NCBI GenBank assembly: GCA_010093605.1
Contig: MU004197.1
Span: 930,001-994,000, forward strand
Source: Lophium mytilinum
Lineage: Eukaryota
Direction of reading: 5' to 3'
Length of the DNA: 64,000 nt
The first letter of the stretch is position 1. Each line of letters starts with the position of its first letter. The notes under the pieces were generated by a model. It worked only from the letters and a program-made list of their open reading frames with translations, searched no databases and had not been told where the DNA came from. Both the position numbers and the translations under genes were made by a program. Shown in pieces: positions 52,134 through 64,000 of the stretch.

Positions 52134-53341
52134 TCATTTGTCACCCTTCTTCTTCCGCAGCGACTGGCCCTGGCCTTGGAAGTGGAACTTCTCCTTCTCC
52201 TTCTCTTCGTCCTCACCTTTCCGCTTTACGGGCTTGATCTCGTATCCGAAGAAGAGCTTGCCGGGAGCGAGTCTGAGGGGTTGCGGGCCGTTTGTCCTCC
52301 TCAGTACTGTGGGCGGGGCGTTGGACGAGGAACCTGCGACTGGTGTGGACGGCTTTGGCGTGGGTGCTTTGCTCCCCTTCTTGGACGACAGCTTGTGGCC
52401 GCCACTCAGGAAGTTCGAAGACACCGCTTTGGCACCCGCCGCGGCTGATGTAGACGACGGGGCGATAGCAGCGTAATTGATTGCCTGGGCCATGGTGCCG
52501 TGGGAGTGCAGCGTACCGCCCTTACCAGCCATGACTCCTGTCCCACTCCGCGGGGTGCTCGTGCCGCTGGTGTTACGCTCCGGCTCCTTGTAGCCTACGG
52601 GTGGGGCGAAGTCAACTGACAGGTCCGTCTCTAGCGTGCATATTGCTTTCTTATCGCTGACGGGCTTCGTCTCAAGCACTGCTATGCTGTACACATTGTC
52701 ATTGTATGAGAATGTGAAGATGTCGCCTGTAGTGAGGCAGGCGAAGTTCCGGAAGGCGTTCTCGAGCACGGCTTTCGGGTCTGAGATCTCTAAAAACGAG
52801 GGTGACTGTGGTTGGAGCTTGATGAAGGTTCCCAGAGGTAGATCGGTCGACTTGACTTGTAGGAGATCTCCAGGCTCGACTTCAAGAGTTTGCATAAGCT
52901 GGAGAGTGGTTAGTAAGGTGATGCTTCAAACGAGAATCAGGCGATATACCCAGTACGGTAGATATATCTTTCCCTCCTCCGCGATGAACTCCAGGACACC
53001 GGCATGGGTCTGCTTGCCATCCTTTGCGCCGTTTATGAGCTCGAAGAGCATAGGGTATGTGATGTGGAGACGGGTAAGCTTGTCCAAGGCACTGGGTGGC
53101 AGGAATACCTTGCCGCCATGATTCGCGTCTTCTCGCTCTGGACCGGGCAGCATGGCGATGGGATAGCAGCGGAAGTATTCATCGAAGCGGCGCTGGCCCC
53201 CTCCCTGGCGCCGCAATATTGCCTGCTGGTACATGGCCATCGGATCGTCGTCGTCGTAGAAGCCCGGGTTGAACTGCGGTGGTGTTAGCGGTGGTGGGGG
53301 TTTGGAGAGCGTGGCCGGAGCTCTGGAGTTTGGCTGACCAT
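52134..53341 (-). CDS. UFD1: Ubiquitin fusion degradation protein Ufd1
   Basis: RFDEYFRCYP, GGKVFLPPSALDKL, THAGVLEFIAEEG, FLEISDPKAVLE, LETDLSVDFAPPVGY and SHP box FQGQGQSLR. An intron follows the ATG directly. Confidence 0.96.
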
Positions 53342-53630
53342 GGTGGAATAGCTTGTGGATGTCTGGGGCGGCTATACGCAGGTCTGGGGAGAAAGAAGAG
53401 GATGTCGGGCAGGGTGAATTTGTATGGCGATATGGGTCGCGGTTACTCGCACCTGCAAGGTTGATCAGAGGCAGCCTTCGGCGATGACGGAAGGCGCACG
53501 GACCACCTGGAGCTTCATCAAATAGTGGTCCCTCTCACCCAGACTTTCTGTCAACAACACGCCTCACCTGCCAGCAGTGCCTGCCGCGCAATCCAAAAAC
53601 CACACAGCTAACAAGGCCAAGCTTACAGAA

Positions 53631-54986
53631 ATGGCAAGCAAGAACGGGTACAACGTACCGCGCCCGAAACGCGCCGGCGATCAGTTCACGCGCACCCACA
53701 ACGGCGACGACAGCGGCCACTCGACCAAGAAAGCTCGATTCGACTACCGCAATCCCTCCACTCTCGCCGCCGACGCCCCTGACGACGATCCCATCCTTGA
53801 CCTAGACGAAATCGGACGCGGCGGTGGAAAGAAGCGTAACGAGGTCATCGTTGGCGAAGATGATACCGACAGCGAAAATGAGAATTTCGATACGCGTGCA
53901 GATGACCGCGCCAAGGCAAAAGCTCGGGAGGAGGCTGAGGCAAATGAGGATGACTCGGATGAAGACATGTTCGGTGGGGCAGGTAGCAAGAAGGGCGACA
54001 AAGTCGTAGACCCGGCCAAGGAGGGAAAGCCGAAGAAGAGAGAAGTGAGGTTCTTAGATAACAACGATATCCTTGGCCAGGTTGAGGAGAGCAAGTCGGG
54101 AGGTCATGTTTCTGCCGACTTTTCGCTCAGTGGCAAGGCTCGGAAGCACGACGACAGCAGCAGCAGCGAGAGCGGGGACGACGAAGAGCGGGACCGAATT
54201 GGCAGCGACGTCGATAAAGAGGTCGGGGCCGGGGGGAAGAAGAAGCACGCTCCGAAGCTGGATGCCTTCAACATGAAGAATGAGGGCGAGGAGGGAAAAT
54301 TCGACGAGACCGGCAACTTTGTTAGAAACGCTGCGGACCCCCTCGCGGTTCATGACACTTGGCTGGACGGGATCTCGAAGAAGGACTTGAAGTCCGCACG
54401 CGAAGCACACGAAAAGCGGGAAGCTGAGCGACAGCAACGAGCCTTGGACGACGATGCTATTCTAACGAGTGATGTGCTATCTACTTTGATCGCATACATG
54501 GACAAAGGTGAGACGGTCTTGGAGTCTCTGCAGCGCCTTGGTAAGGGCAAGCCCAAGGAGAAGAAGAAGTACTGGCAGAGAAACAAACGCAAGAACGGGG
54601 AGGACATGGACCTCGACCCAGCCAAGACAGCCGCAGACCCCGCAGAGACGAAGCGTAAGGAGGCTGTCGAGGCCATTACAGGAGCGGCCGACCAGCTCTT
54701 CACGCGGGGCCAGACGGATGTGTACGACAATGAGCGGGAGAAGCTCATTCGGCAATACAAGAGGGAGACTGGCGAGGACTGGGTAGGACCCAGCCGCGCA
54801 GATGCGGAGAATGGCCCGGCGATGTGGGAGTACAGGTGGTCTAGTGCTCTGGGTGACGGAAAAATTCATGGCCCTTACGATGGACCGGCGATGGCGGGTT
54901 GGGACAATGGAGGCTTCTTCGGAGAGGGTGCGGAGTTCAGACGTGTTGGCCACTCGGGATGGTTGAGCGAGGTGGACTTTGAGTGA
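53631..54986 (+). CDS. LIN1: U5 snRNP GYF-domain protein Lin1/CD2BP2
   Basis: APKLDAFNMKNEGEEGKFDETGNFVR, ETVLESLQRLG, ITGAADQL and the C-terminal GYF-like WEYRW...HGPYDGPAMAGWDNGGFF. Divergent from UFD1. Confidence 0.88.
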   Translation: MASKNGYNVPRPKRAGDQFTRTHNGDDSGHSTKKARFDYRNPSTLAADAPDDDPILDLDEIGRGGGKKRNEVIVGEDDTDSENENFDTRADDRAKAKAREEAEANEDDSDEDMFGGAGSKKGDKVVDPAKEGKPKKREVRFLDNNDILGQVEESKSGGHVSADFSLSGKARKHDDSSSSESGDDEERDRIGSDVDKEVGAGGKKKHAPKLDAFNMKNEGEEGKFDETGNFVRNAADPLAVHDTWLDGISKKDLKSAREAHEKREAERQQRALDDDAILTSDVLSTLIAYMDKGETVLESLQRLGKGKPKEKKKYWQRNKRKNGEDMDLDPAKTAADPAETKRKEAVEAITGAADQLFTRGQTDVYDNEREKLIRQYKRETGEDWVGPSRADAENGPAMWEYRWSSALGDGKIHGPYDGPAMAGWDNGGFFGEGAEFRRVGHSGWLSEVDFE

Positions 54987-55147
54987 ATAGGGTAAGCTGC
55001 AAAGGTCTCCAGCTGCAAGCCATCGAAGGGGGGTGGGCTTTGTATGATTAGGGTAAGCTGTGAAAGTCTCCAGCTGCAAGCCATCGAAGGGGGGATGGAC
55101 TTTCTAGGGTTAGGGTAAGCTGGGAAAAATGTCTCCCGCTGCAAGCT
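54971..55147. repeat. 61-62 bp tandem repeat, about 3 copies, overlapping the LIN1 stop codon
   Basis: TAGGGTAAGCTG...GTCTCC.GCTGCAAGC starts at 54988, 55049 and 55111. Confidence 0.9.
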
Positions 55148-57474
55148 ATTCCGCCTTGCTGCACTCGACCTTCTGCAGCGACGACGACACGCACATGGCG
55201 GTCGCATTGTGATACCTCAGTAGTTCAGGCGCCCTGTCGCTCGTAGATTCCGGACGGTCAGCGCGGGAGCGAGTCCGGCGTGGGTATACACATGCCGATG
55301 GCTTGCTCGTTCCCTTCCCTATCACGACGTCACTTGCAGCAAACATTATCGTGATACTCGAAACGGCAGTCTAAATGTCGGGGGCCGCGGCAGCAAAACT
55401 GGCTGTGGCACAGTCTCTTCAGGGAGGCTTGCACCTTTTGACGCGTTTGGTTTGTCGAAGATGTGCGGCGAAGAGTCCACTCAGGCCCGTGGTGACCCTC
55501 CACTATATCACGAGACCGTCTCGTCCTGCGGTTTAGCGATGTTGGGACTTGTTGGAGCTCCTCCCGTGGGCCCGGGCCAGTCAGAGGGGCTTGGGCGGCC
55601 TCTCGCAGGCTTCAGCGGCTCCATGACGGCTGCTGGCCACTCGACGTCCAAACGGTCGTCTTCAAGCTGCTGTGGAACACTGTCAGATCACGGCCCTTCC
55701 CCGCTTCGTAAACCAGTGCAGGATCTGGCCGCAAAACGCGCTCGAGCAAGACATGCGGCGCATGTGATAGATGTAATGGGGGGCATCGTGACGGCTTTGG
55801 TGGAGTTGGCAGACCGGCCGCGGCTTGCTATCTGAAGGGGGCCGCAACGAGAACGATGTGTCTGCTTGGTGATGGCATGTATGGCGCGCATGGGTGTGCA
55901 GGACGGCATGCGAAGGGCCCAGCTGTTCACCTGATGGGCAAGGTCAATGTTTGGTTGGGATTGAACAAGATGACAGGCGACGACAGGCCACCCTGCTGGA
56001 TAGCCACTGTGGGTACAACTACCTGTGTACCTCGCTCTAGTAGATATAAAGAAACCTCTCAGGTACCACCTGAGCACTGCAAACAACTCGACGTCAGGCG
56101 ACGGTTGCGCGCTCAGGATTGTAGCTTGAAGTCTCCTCCCTTGGGGAGGCAAACCAACCACGCGCGACTAGAGCTGCAGGTCATCAAATTGAATGATAGA
56201 TTACGACGGCGGCGTTTCGTCTTCAGCACGCGGCGAGGACGCAGCCCAATGCCAGGGTTCGTACCGGTAAATGAGGCTGCACCTCCTGGAGGGTGGAAGT
56301 GAGACCTGCGAAGGAGCCAAGCGGCCGGTCTGCTCTCTCAGCAGCATCCGATGGCAACGATGCGATCGCCACGCAAAGGGGGCATATGAGAGGCCCGCCG
56401 GCAGTGGATATCAATTCGGGCGGGCAAAAAAGCAACGATGGACGCCATGCCCGATCGACTCGCGGCGGCGCTGAGATTTGTTCCTTTGTTCTCGAACGGT
56501 GGACATGCTGAACCAATCCTAGGTGCCCGCCAACTGGCCTCCCAGCTGCAGTAGTGCCTCCGGTCGAGTCGCGGGTTGCTGCAGTTGTCATTTGTGGTGT
56601 CTCTTGGCTGTCTCTGGCGGGTGCATGCAACGGGCAAGCAGCTGTCAGTCGCATCGAGTGCAGCTAGGCGTAGAATTCCAATAATAAAGCAGCGCCGGCG
56701 GGTCTGCCTCTCGTGCTGGGAGTGGCCAAGGGGCAAGTCGATGGCGCTCATCCTGGCCGTGGCACGAGCTGGAGACTAGAGGCGGCGGCGGAAAGGGGAG
56801 GGACGGGAGTAATTGTAGCTCCCAGGGCTGCTCCAGTGTGTATAGGAGACGCGGGCCCATGATGAAACCCTCCCAACGCCAGGTCTCTGCCTGAACCTGC
56901 CTGCTTGCCTGTCTGTCTGCTGTATCTGCGCCGCCCCTCGCATTTCCCATCGCCCTCGCAGCACCGTGTCCGACTGTGCCTGTCTCCTGTGCCTCCACGC
57001 CTTTTCACCGTCCGGGGCCATTCCAGTGGAGAAGCAGACTAGTTCCGCTTGGGCACCGCAGCACCGACGTCTTTTTTCACCTCACAGCCCTCATCCCTCT
57101 TCTTCCACACTCCTTCCACACCCTCGCGGCTGTGAAGCGCGCCCTCGCACACCACCCCCGTCCCCACCAGCAGTGCCCTTGGAAGGAGAGCTCGGAACCC
57201 TGTCCTGCACCGGCCAGAGCTCAACTTTGTCTGCCACGTCCGCCGCCTGCACTCCCATCTCCCACGACCCGCCAGCTCCCTCCTCTGACAGCACTTGTTC
57301 CTTTTCTATCGTTGGCAGTGCGAGTTCCATCTACTCGCCCCCTCTGAAACGCTACCCGACGACGGACGCCGCGTCTTGCCTGTGCCGTACTGCTTTGCTG
57401 CAGAGCGCAAATGAACTGAGTCCCTACTCCACGACCACGGCCTCTTCGCTTTGACGACCTCTCCCTCCATCACC

Positions 57475-59379
57475 ATGTACTCTTCCGCCTATGACACGAG
57501 CTCGTCGCGGTCGCCGGGCTCGCACCGCCACCAGCCCAACACGCTGCACCGCCAGCCCTCTCGCCAGTTCGATGCCTACGGACAGCTGCCCGCCGGCGGC
57601 CTCTACACTGCGGAGGACCATGCCCGAGGCTACGATTCACAGCCCCGAAACTACGACCGACTCAACGCTACTATACACAGCGGTTACGGCTACGAAATGG
57701 GGGGCGGCAGCCAGGCATGGAACGCCAGCGCGTTCAACCAAAACAATCCCCTCTCGACCATCGGGGCCTCGAGCAGGATGAAGCAGCCGCCACGGGGCCG
57801 GAGTGCTCTGCCTACGGTAGGAGCCACTCATGCTGGTCTATAATTACCATGAACGGTGAAACTAACTGTTTTTATAGCCCTGGATGGACCAACCACAGCC
57901 GCTTCCCAACTTTTCCTCACTTCCAGGTCTTGGGCCCGGGCACCCCAACTCCGGGCTCGGCCCGTCCCTGCGCCAGGACAGCTACAACCCCGAAATGGAC
58001 GAGGAACTGATCCCGACCGCTATAGTCATCAAGAACATTCCCTTCGCCGTCAAGAAGGAGCAGCTTGTGCAGCTGATGACGGATCTACGGCTTCCGCTGC
58101 CTTACGCGTTCAACTATCACTTTGATAACGGAGTCTTCCGAGGCCTTGCTTTCGCAAACTTCACGACTGCCGATGAGACGGCCCAGGTCATCGACACCAT
58201 GAACCATTTCGAGCTGCACGGGCGCAAACTGAGGGTCGAATACAAGAAAATGCTCCCCCTGGCCGAGCGCGAGAGAATTGAGCGAGAAAAGAGGGAACGT
58301 AGAGGCCAACTCATTGAGCAGCACCAGCCCATGACCGGAAGTCTAACGACGCAGCAGTCCTACTCTTCTCTCAACTCCCACGTGCCCGCACAGTCGCCGT
58401 CGCCAGTGTCAGGACAGGCGTCGAAGCTCAGTAAGTTGTGAAAGCTAATCTCTCTATGGCGAAACTAACACGAATAGTAGACGTAGACATGAACGACGCC
58501 CAGGTGCTGCAATTCTACTCGCAGCTTTTGTTGTTCAAGGAGACCGCCGAGCGCGAAAGCATGACTTTCCCTCCCTCATTGGCACCGAGCCAGCGCCGTA
58601 TCGTCCATACACTGGCCCATATGCTGGGACTAGCACATCTCTCCAAGGGCAGTGGTGAGCAACGACAAGTTCACATATTTAAGCTTCGCGATGATCCGAA
58701 CATGAGCCCGCCTATGCCTCAAATGCCGACCAGCCATCCGAACGAGCAACCGCGCCGAGGCCTCAACAGGGCTGCCACTACAGACTTCAGCGATGTGAGA
58801 GCACATGAGTCATTCTACGGCAACCTCAACCGACAAGGATCCGGATTCCTTGGATTCCCGGATTCTCCTGGTGGCTTGACGGCCGGCCCGAATCTTCGAG
58901 CCGCAAAGTCGTATGCGGATCTTCGATCTTATACGCCATCGCCAGTGCCCTCAATAGCTAGTCTTCCTCCTGTACATCACTCGAGGAGAGAAGGGGAGTA
59001 CTTTTCTTCCACGAATCCTAGCGTTACCCCTACGGCAACGTCAATGAGCCAGCGTGACGAGGGCCTTTTGGTGAACGGCTTGAATACTATGAACCTCGGC
59101 AATGGGTTTGGCCAGAATGGCAGCCCGCGAGGTCTACGCGGAATGATGTCGTGGGACCGAGAACGAGAGAACCCTGGCCCGATTGGAGGACACCGGTCAT
59201 TCAGCACAAATTACGATGAGCAAAGCCGTGACAGGAGCCAAGGACTGCCGTCGCGACAACCCCGAGGCCCTGGTCTAGAACGCGGCACCGGATTCTCTCG
59301 TGGCAGGCAGAATGGCCACCATGGCCGCAACAGCGATGAACTCTCATCGCAGTCGAATGTCGAAATTGTTGTCGAGTAG
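57475..59379 (+). CDS. PIN4: RRM plus R3H RNA-binding protein (Pin4/Cip1-Cip2 family)
   Basis: IPTAIVIKNIPFAVKKEQL...FNYHFDNGVFRGLAFANF...GRKLRVEYKKMLP. R3H motif QRRIVHTLAH. Two introns. Confidence 0.88.
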
Positions 59380-61493
59380 GGTCACGAAGAGACGCTGAAG
59401 GCCAGTGGGGTCTAAGACGAAGAAAGATGCATGAGCCCAGAGTATGAAATGGACGGCCTTGGCGATGTCTGGCCTGTGGAATCAACCCTCACGACGTATA
59501 CGAAGAATGACGCTACGATGGTAGAGACAACATAAGGGGTCCGTAGCCCTAGAACTTCTCGCATCTTTGACTTGGGTATCTGAAAAGCATCTGATGGACT
59601 GATTGGATTTGTTTTCTTTAGGCGGCATATTGTACCAGTGTTTTTCCATTTCGTACTGTCTTCTCTTCTCTTTTGCATTTTCCGCTGGGCCTAATCGGGT
59701 TTTCCGTCGGTGGGGAGAGCAAATGGTACTGCTGTTTCCTTCGCGCTTTTCTTTCCGATCTATTTTCTTTCACCACCCAAAACAAACATATTCACCCTTC
59801 GTCATTTTACGTACACCTCAACCGCCAAAGCGACGACGACGACGACTCTTGCATAACGACAACCACGACCCGGAACGAACATCGAGATACCAAGCATACA
59901 GCCCAACCAGCGGCTCGCTCGCGCGAAAAACGACATCCAGGCCAACCTTCGTTTGGCAATACCTGCCGCCTGTTACGTTTACGGCAGCTCTTCCAAGACA
60001 AAAAACCAAAACCGAAACCCTTATATCCGCTTTCGTGTGGGCGACCACCTACGAGACAACGAACGATTTCAACTTGTCTATATCCACCTCCCCATCCAAT
60101 GTTTTGCATAGTCTCGTCTTTCTTTTCTTTCATCTCACAGTTGGTGAAACTCCGTTCTCTTGAGTTCCTGGCAACCCTGGAACGGGGGAAGGGCACTGAA
60201 TTAGACTGACTACTTCATCATCCTGTGAGAGATTTTTAGTATTCGTTTCCGATCCGATTACTTTGATTTTTTTGCTTTCGCTTCTTCACGACTGCGTTTC
60301 TGCCGTTCTGCTGACTTTTGATTTTTTTCTTCGAGACTGAGGTTCGAGGGGTACTCCGTAATCGCCAAACTTTAATACACACCACCTTTTTGTTCTCTCC
60401 GTTGTTTGAATTTCGAGTTTGTGAGTTTTCAAGTTGACGGGCTTGGGAGTACGTGGGTACGCTTTAATACGGGGTTGTATCTAACCCTTCTTATGAGCGA
60501 GGAGAGGAGGGGAAATCGATGTAAGGTGGGATGGGAATGGGAAGTTGGCTGTTGTCTTTCATTATCGTTCGCTTGTATTGTAGTAGGCTTTAATGGAACT
60601 TATGGGTACTGGAGTCCTCTTTGCAGCCGCTTCGTGCTTTATGTGTTGTGACGTGAGAGGTTGGATTTTTTGAAGCTCCAACTCGATGGAGCTCAGGACC
60701 GGAAAGCGACGTTCAATATATGCGCGTGCTCAGGATAGCGCTGTTCGCTCGTGTCTCTGCAGCTATACGTGTACTATACTACTAAGTATATACTAAGCCG
60801 TTAGATATCTCTCTTGACCGGCTTCACATCTTATAGGCTCTTAAACCTAGGATGAAGTGAAAAGTCGTTCCATTGAAATGAAAGCACAAGCACTGACACC
60901 AATCACTTTGATCACTCCCAACACAATCAGCACATCTGCAAGACATTCTGTCTAGGTTTTTTGTGATATTTATCGTTTTCTCACTATCCGACTACCTATT
61001 GCAAGGAAAAGAAGAACAAAGTTAAAACCCACAAAACACATAGCCCCGGGCAAAGAGGAAGAGAAGCTAGAGGCCCAAGTGCCTCCGCACGCACCTTTCC
61101 TCCCATCCCGATCGGAACATTTCCTTGCCCACCACCTCCCAGTTTCAAGATGGTTCAAACCTAGCCTAGCCGAACCGAAACACCAATCCACGCCTGTGAG
61201 AAAGCAAGGAGATTAAGGGAAAAAAGGCCAAGTTGGGGGTCGCCAGATAGTCGGAGAATCGCATGAAAGTCGGTTTGGGGGGAGATAGAAGTGGGGATAT
61301 GAGCACACGTGGAGTTGGATATCGGGGATTTGTCGTAGTCGTGCAAGCGTGGCCCGTATTCGTGTGTTGAGTATCGATCCAAAGGAAACATATCCACTAC
61401 TGTGATGACTAGCCCCCACCGTCTCTCAATCTACTCCTGCCAATCCATTATCGCCCAGCGCACGTATCGCAGACCGCTAGTTCCGCCATGTAT

Positions 61494-62090
61494 CTAGAGC
61501 TCGCCCGCCTTTTTGTTCTTCTTCTGCTCCACCTTGAGCAGTAGCGCGCGGTTGATGTGGGGCAGGACGCCGCCGAAGGCGATGGTGGCGCGGATGAGCG
61601 TGTCGAGCTCCTCGTCGCCGCGGATCGCGAGCTGCAGGTGGCGTGGCGTGATGCGCTTGACCTTGAGGTCCTTGGCCGCGTTGCCGGCCAGCTCGAGCAC
61701 TTCGGCCGTCAGGTATTCGAGCACCGCCGTCAGGTAGATGGAGGCTTTGGCGCCGATGCGCGTCTTCTGGCGCGTGATGGTGCGGAGGTGGCGCTTTATG
61801 CGGCCGCAGGGAAACTGTGCGAAAAGCGCGAGGTTGTCAGCTGGGGGGGTGCGCTGGCCTTTGTGTGTGTTGTGGTGTGCGTCATCGAGGGTGGTGAGGG
61901 ATGGGAGAGGCGTGGACGTACCTGCAGGCCGGCTTTGGCAGAGTGCGACTTGGATGTCTTCGCGTTGGCGTCGCCCTTTCCGCCTGTCTTGCCACCTGTC
62001 TTTCCTGTGGTGCGCGCGATCGTTAGCTTAGGCGGTTCCGTGGGTGCAGCGAGATCTTCGAGGCAGGCGCGTACCTTTTCCACCGGGCAT
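61494..62090 (-). CDS. HTZ1: Histone variant H2A.Z, 3 exons
   Basis: MPGGKG|KTGGK...[14 protein letters not shown]...[57 protein letters not shown]. Confidence 0.97.
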
Positions 62091-64000
62091 CGTGAATGGT
62101 GTGGATGGATTTATTAATCCGAGAGAATGGTTCCTGAAATGATGGGGGGACGCGACCGATGTGGAGGCGACTGCAGGGCGTTGCAGCGGTGGTTGTTGGT
62201 GGGGTGGCTGGTGGTGTTGAGGTTGGTGGAATGTGTTTGGTTTTGGGAGCGCGCTTTGGGCCGTTAGAACACAGAGTTTCGGTCATGTGACGACGACAGC
62301 CCTAGGGACTGTGGATGGGGCAGCCGCGATTAGGCGCCAGCAGTATTTGCCACCTGGTTGGGCGACTTTGGTAAATATTAGGATCTAGCGGTGTGTTAGT
62401 AATTGTTATTGCCATGCTGTGGACTCGCTGGGCGGCCTCAGGCTTGCAATGGGACGATTTTGAACGAAGCCGTAAACTCACTGATGGAGGCCTACGAAGG
62501 ATGGAAAAGATCTTACCAGCCGTAAATGCTACCCGCAGCTCAACTGCCTGGCACCATACAGCGCCACTATGGGCGCATCTTGACTAACCTGATATGTCGC
62601 TAAGGAACCCTTGAGAGGCTTGAAACTCCTCAGAAATACTAATGCTCCACTTTCGGCTACTGTAGGCATCTTCTTATCCTATAACGCGGATCGAACAGGA
62701 TCTCTAAGTGCATCTACTAGGGCCGGTGGAGTGCAAAGCAGGGGATGTGCTCAATCTGGTAGTTTCTTGGCATTGCGGACTCGAAAGGGTATGCAAGGGA
62801 AATGGAGGACAAACAACAACGAAATGATCCTACGGACACAGACAGGTGAAATGAGTACCACTTGCCTGTGCTAATACTCACAGAGGAAATCTCAGCTGGT
62901 TTGACTCGAAGCGGAGCAATGCCCACAGCAGCTCTGGCGCTGCTGTACGAGGCGCTGCTCAACCGAGCCACCCAAGGGGGTAGGAGACTCGAAAATGTGG
63001 TTACATACTCTTTGAAGGAGGTCCATGGCCTGCTTCCAGGTGTTGACATGCGTGCCGCTCAAAAGTTGCGGCCTCGAATATCGATTTTTGGAGTTGAGGG
63101 TCGACGTCGAACAGCTCGGCAACCAGACACCGTTCGTACCTGTCACCCAATCAACGTCAACCGCAGCTTCAAACAAAACCTCGTCTCTCTGGACTTTCGA
63201 GCCTTTGGACAATTACAAAATTTGCTAAATGCAGCCACATCCAGGGCATCGATGAACTAGCTATGCTCGGCTAGTTCTAGAGAAAAGTCGCTAGGGTTTC
63301 TAAATTGCAGTCGCATATAGTCGCCATAATACTCGACTTGAGCATCTCGACTATTCAGTGTCTTGACTGCTTGTCCGCGGATACTTGCAGTACCACGATT
63401 GCAGTTTTGGTACCGGGAGCTTCGTCCGCAATTGCCTGAAAACGGACCGTCCAGCAAAGTCTACCTTATATAAAACATAATAAAAAAGTAGAGCTCGGTA
63501 AAAGGTTCCTACAAACAGATGTTACTCCTTGTACTCTATTACAGCCCAGCCACAACGTACGCGACTTCAATTAGCATTCAGAAATATCTGAGAGTGCCCA
63601 CAAGTAGCTCCGTTGGTCGGATACTCCAATCTGGGTTCCTCGTGCACTAGGTGCTGCTCGTGCTTTTATTTATATATAACCTTCTCTTACCAGAATGCTC
63701 TTGGTACCTGAGCAGCCGGCAGCCCCAGCGGCTACTTAGCGTATCGGCAACTGTGCTATGCTGCAGCGGAAGACTTGGCTTGAAAGGTGACGGATGATGT
63801 AGATATGCATTCACACGGCGGTAACACCTCAAACCAAGGGTGAGAGCAGTATAGCCGCAGAGCCCTAGCTCTGTTCCCTCGCTGGCGAACCCAGATCCGC
63901 CATGCTCGACGTTCAACTAAAGTGCGACTCCATTCACGCTTCACACGCGCACCTGTCAGCTTGGCCAATAGGAAGCCGGCAGGCGCTTGGGCCCGAGATG

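Noticed and set aside
55200..57450. ORFs upstream of the PIN4-like gene
   Set aside because: No recognisable domains. Consistent with promoter and 5' UTR.
62393..64000. Short ORFs at the window end
   Set aside because: No identifiable motifs or consistent exon structure.

Overview
Eukaryotic, intron-containing DNA from a filamentous ascomycete (probably a Dothideomycete). Two blocks of mostly conserved genes flank an accessory island. The left block (1-36.2 kb) has RBG2, a dynamin-like GTPase, a DUF2423 gene, SIZ1, ERG3, an O-methyltransferase, AZF1, TUP1 and a ccg-9-like trehalose enzyme. The right block (52.1-62.1 kb) has UFD1, LIN1, a PIN4-like gene and H2A.Z. The island between them (about 36.3-52 kb) holds an intact intronless Ser/Thr kinase and a tandem pseudogenised paralogue split by a RIP-mutated 3.5-kb hAT transposon (21-bp TIRs, 8-bp TSD). 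It also holds a small Myb-like, Lys/Ala-rich gene and a 14-unit degenerate 151-162-bp tandem array. The most notable observation is three separate, roughly 150-bp, same-strand pieces of an Argonaute gene, resembling the SMS-2/meiotic-silencing type. Two sit precisely inside the kinase pseudogene and one lies between the two kinases, in reversed order relative to the protein. This suggests repeated capture of RNAi-gene sequence at one locus, possibly as a 'silence the silencer' device. That function is inference. All alignments were done by eye and no database searches were run.
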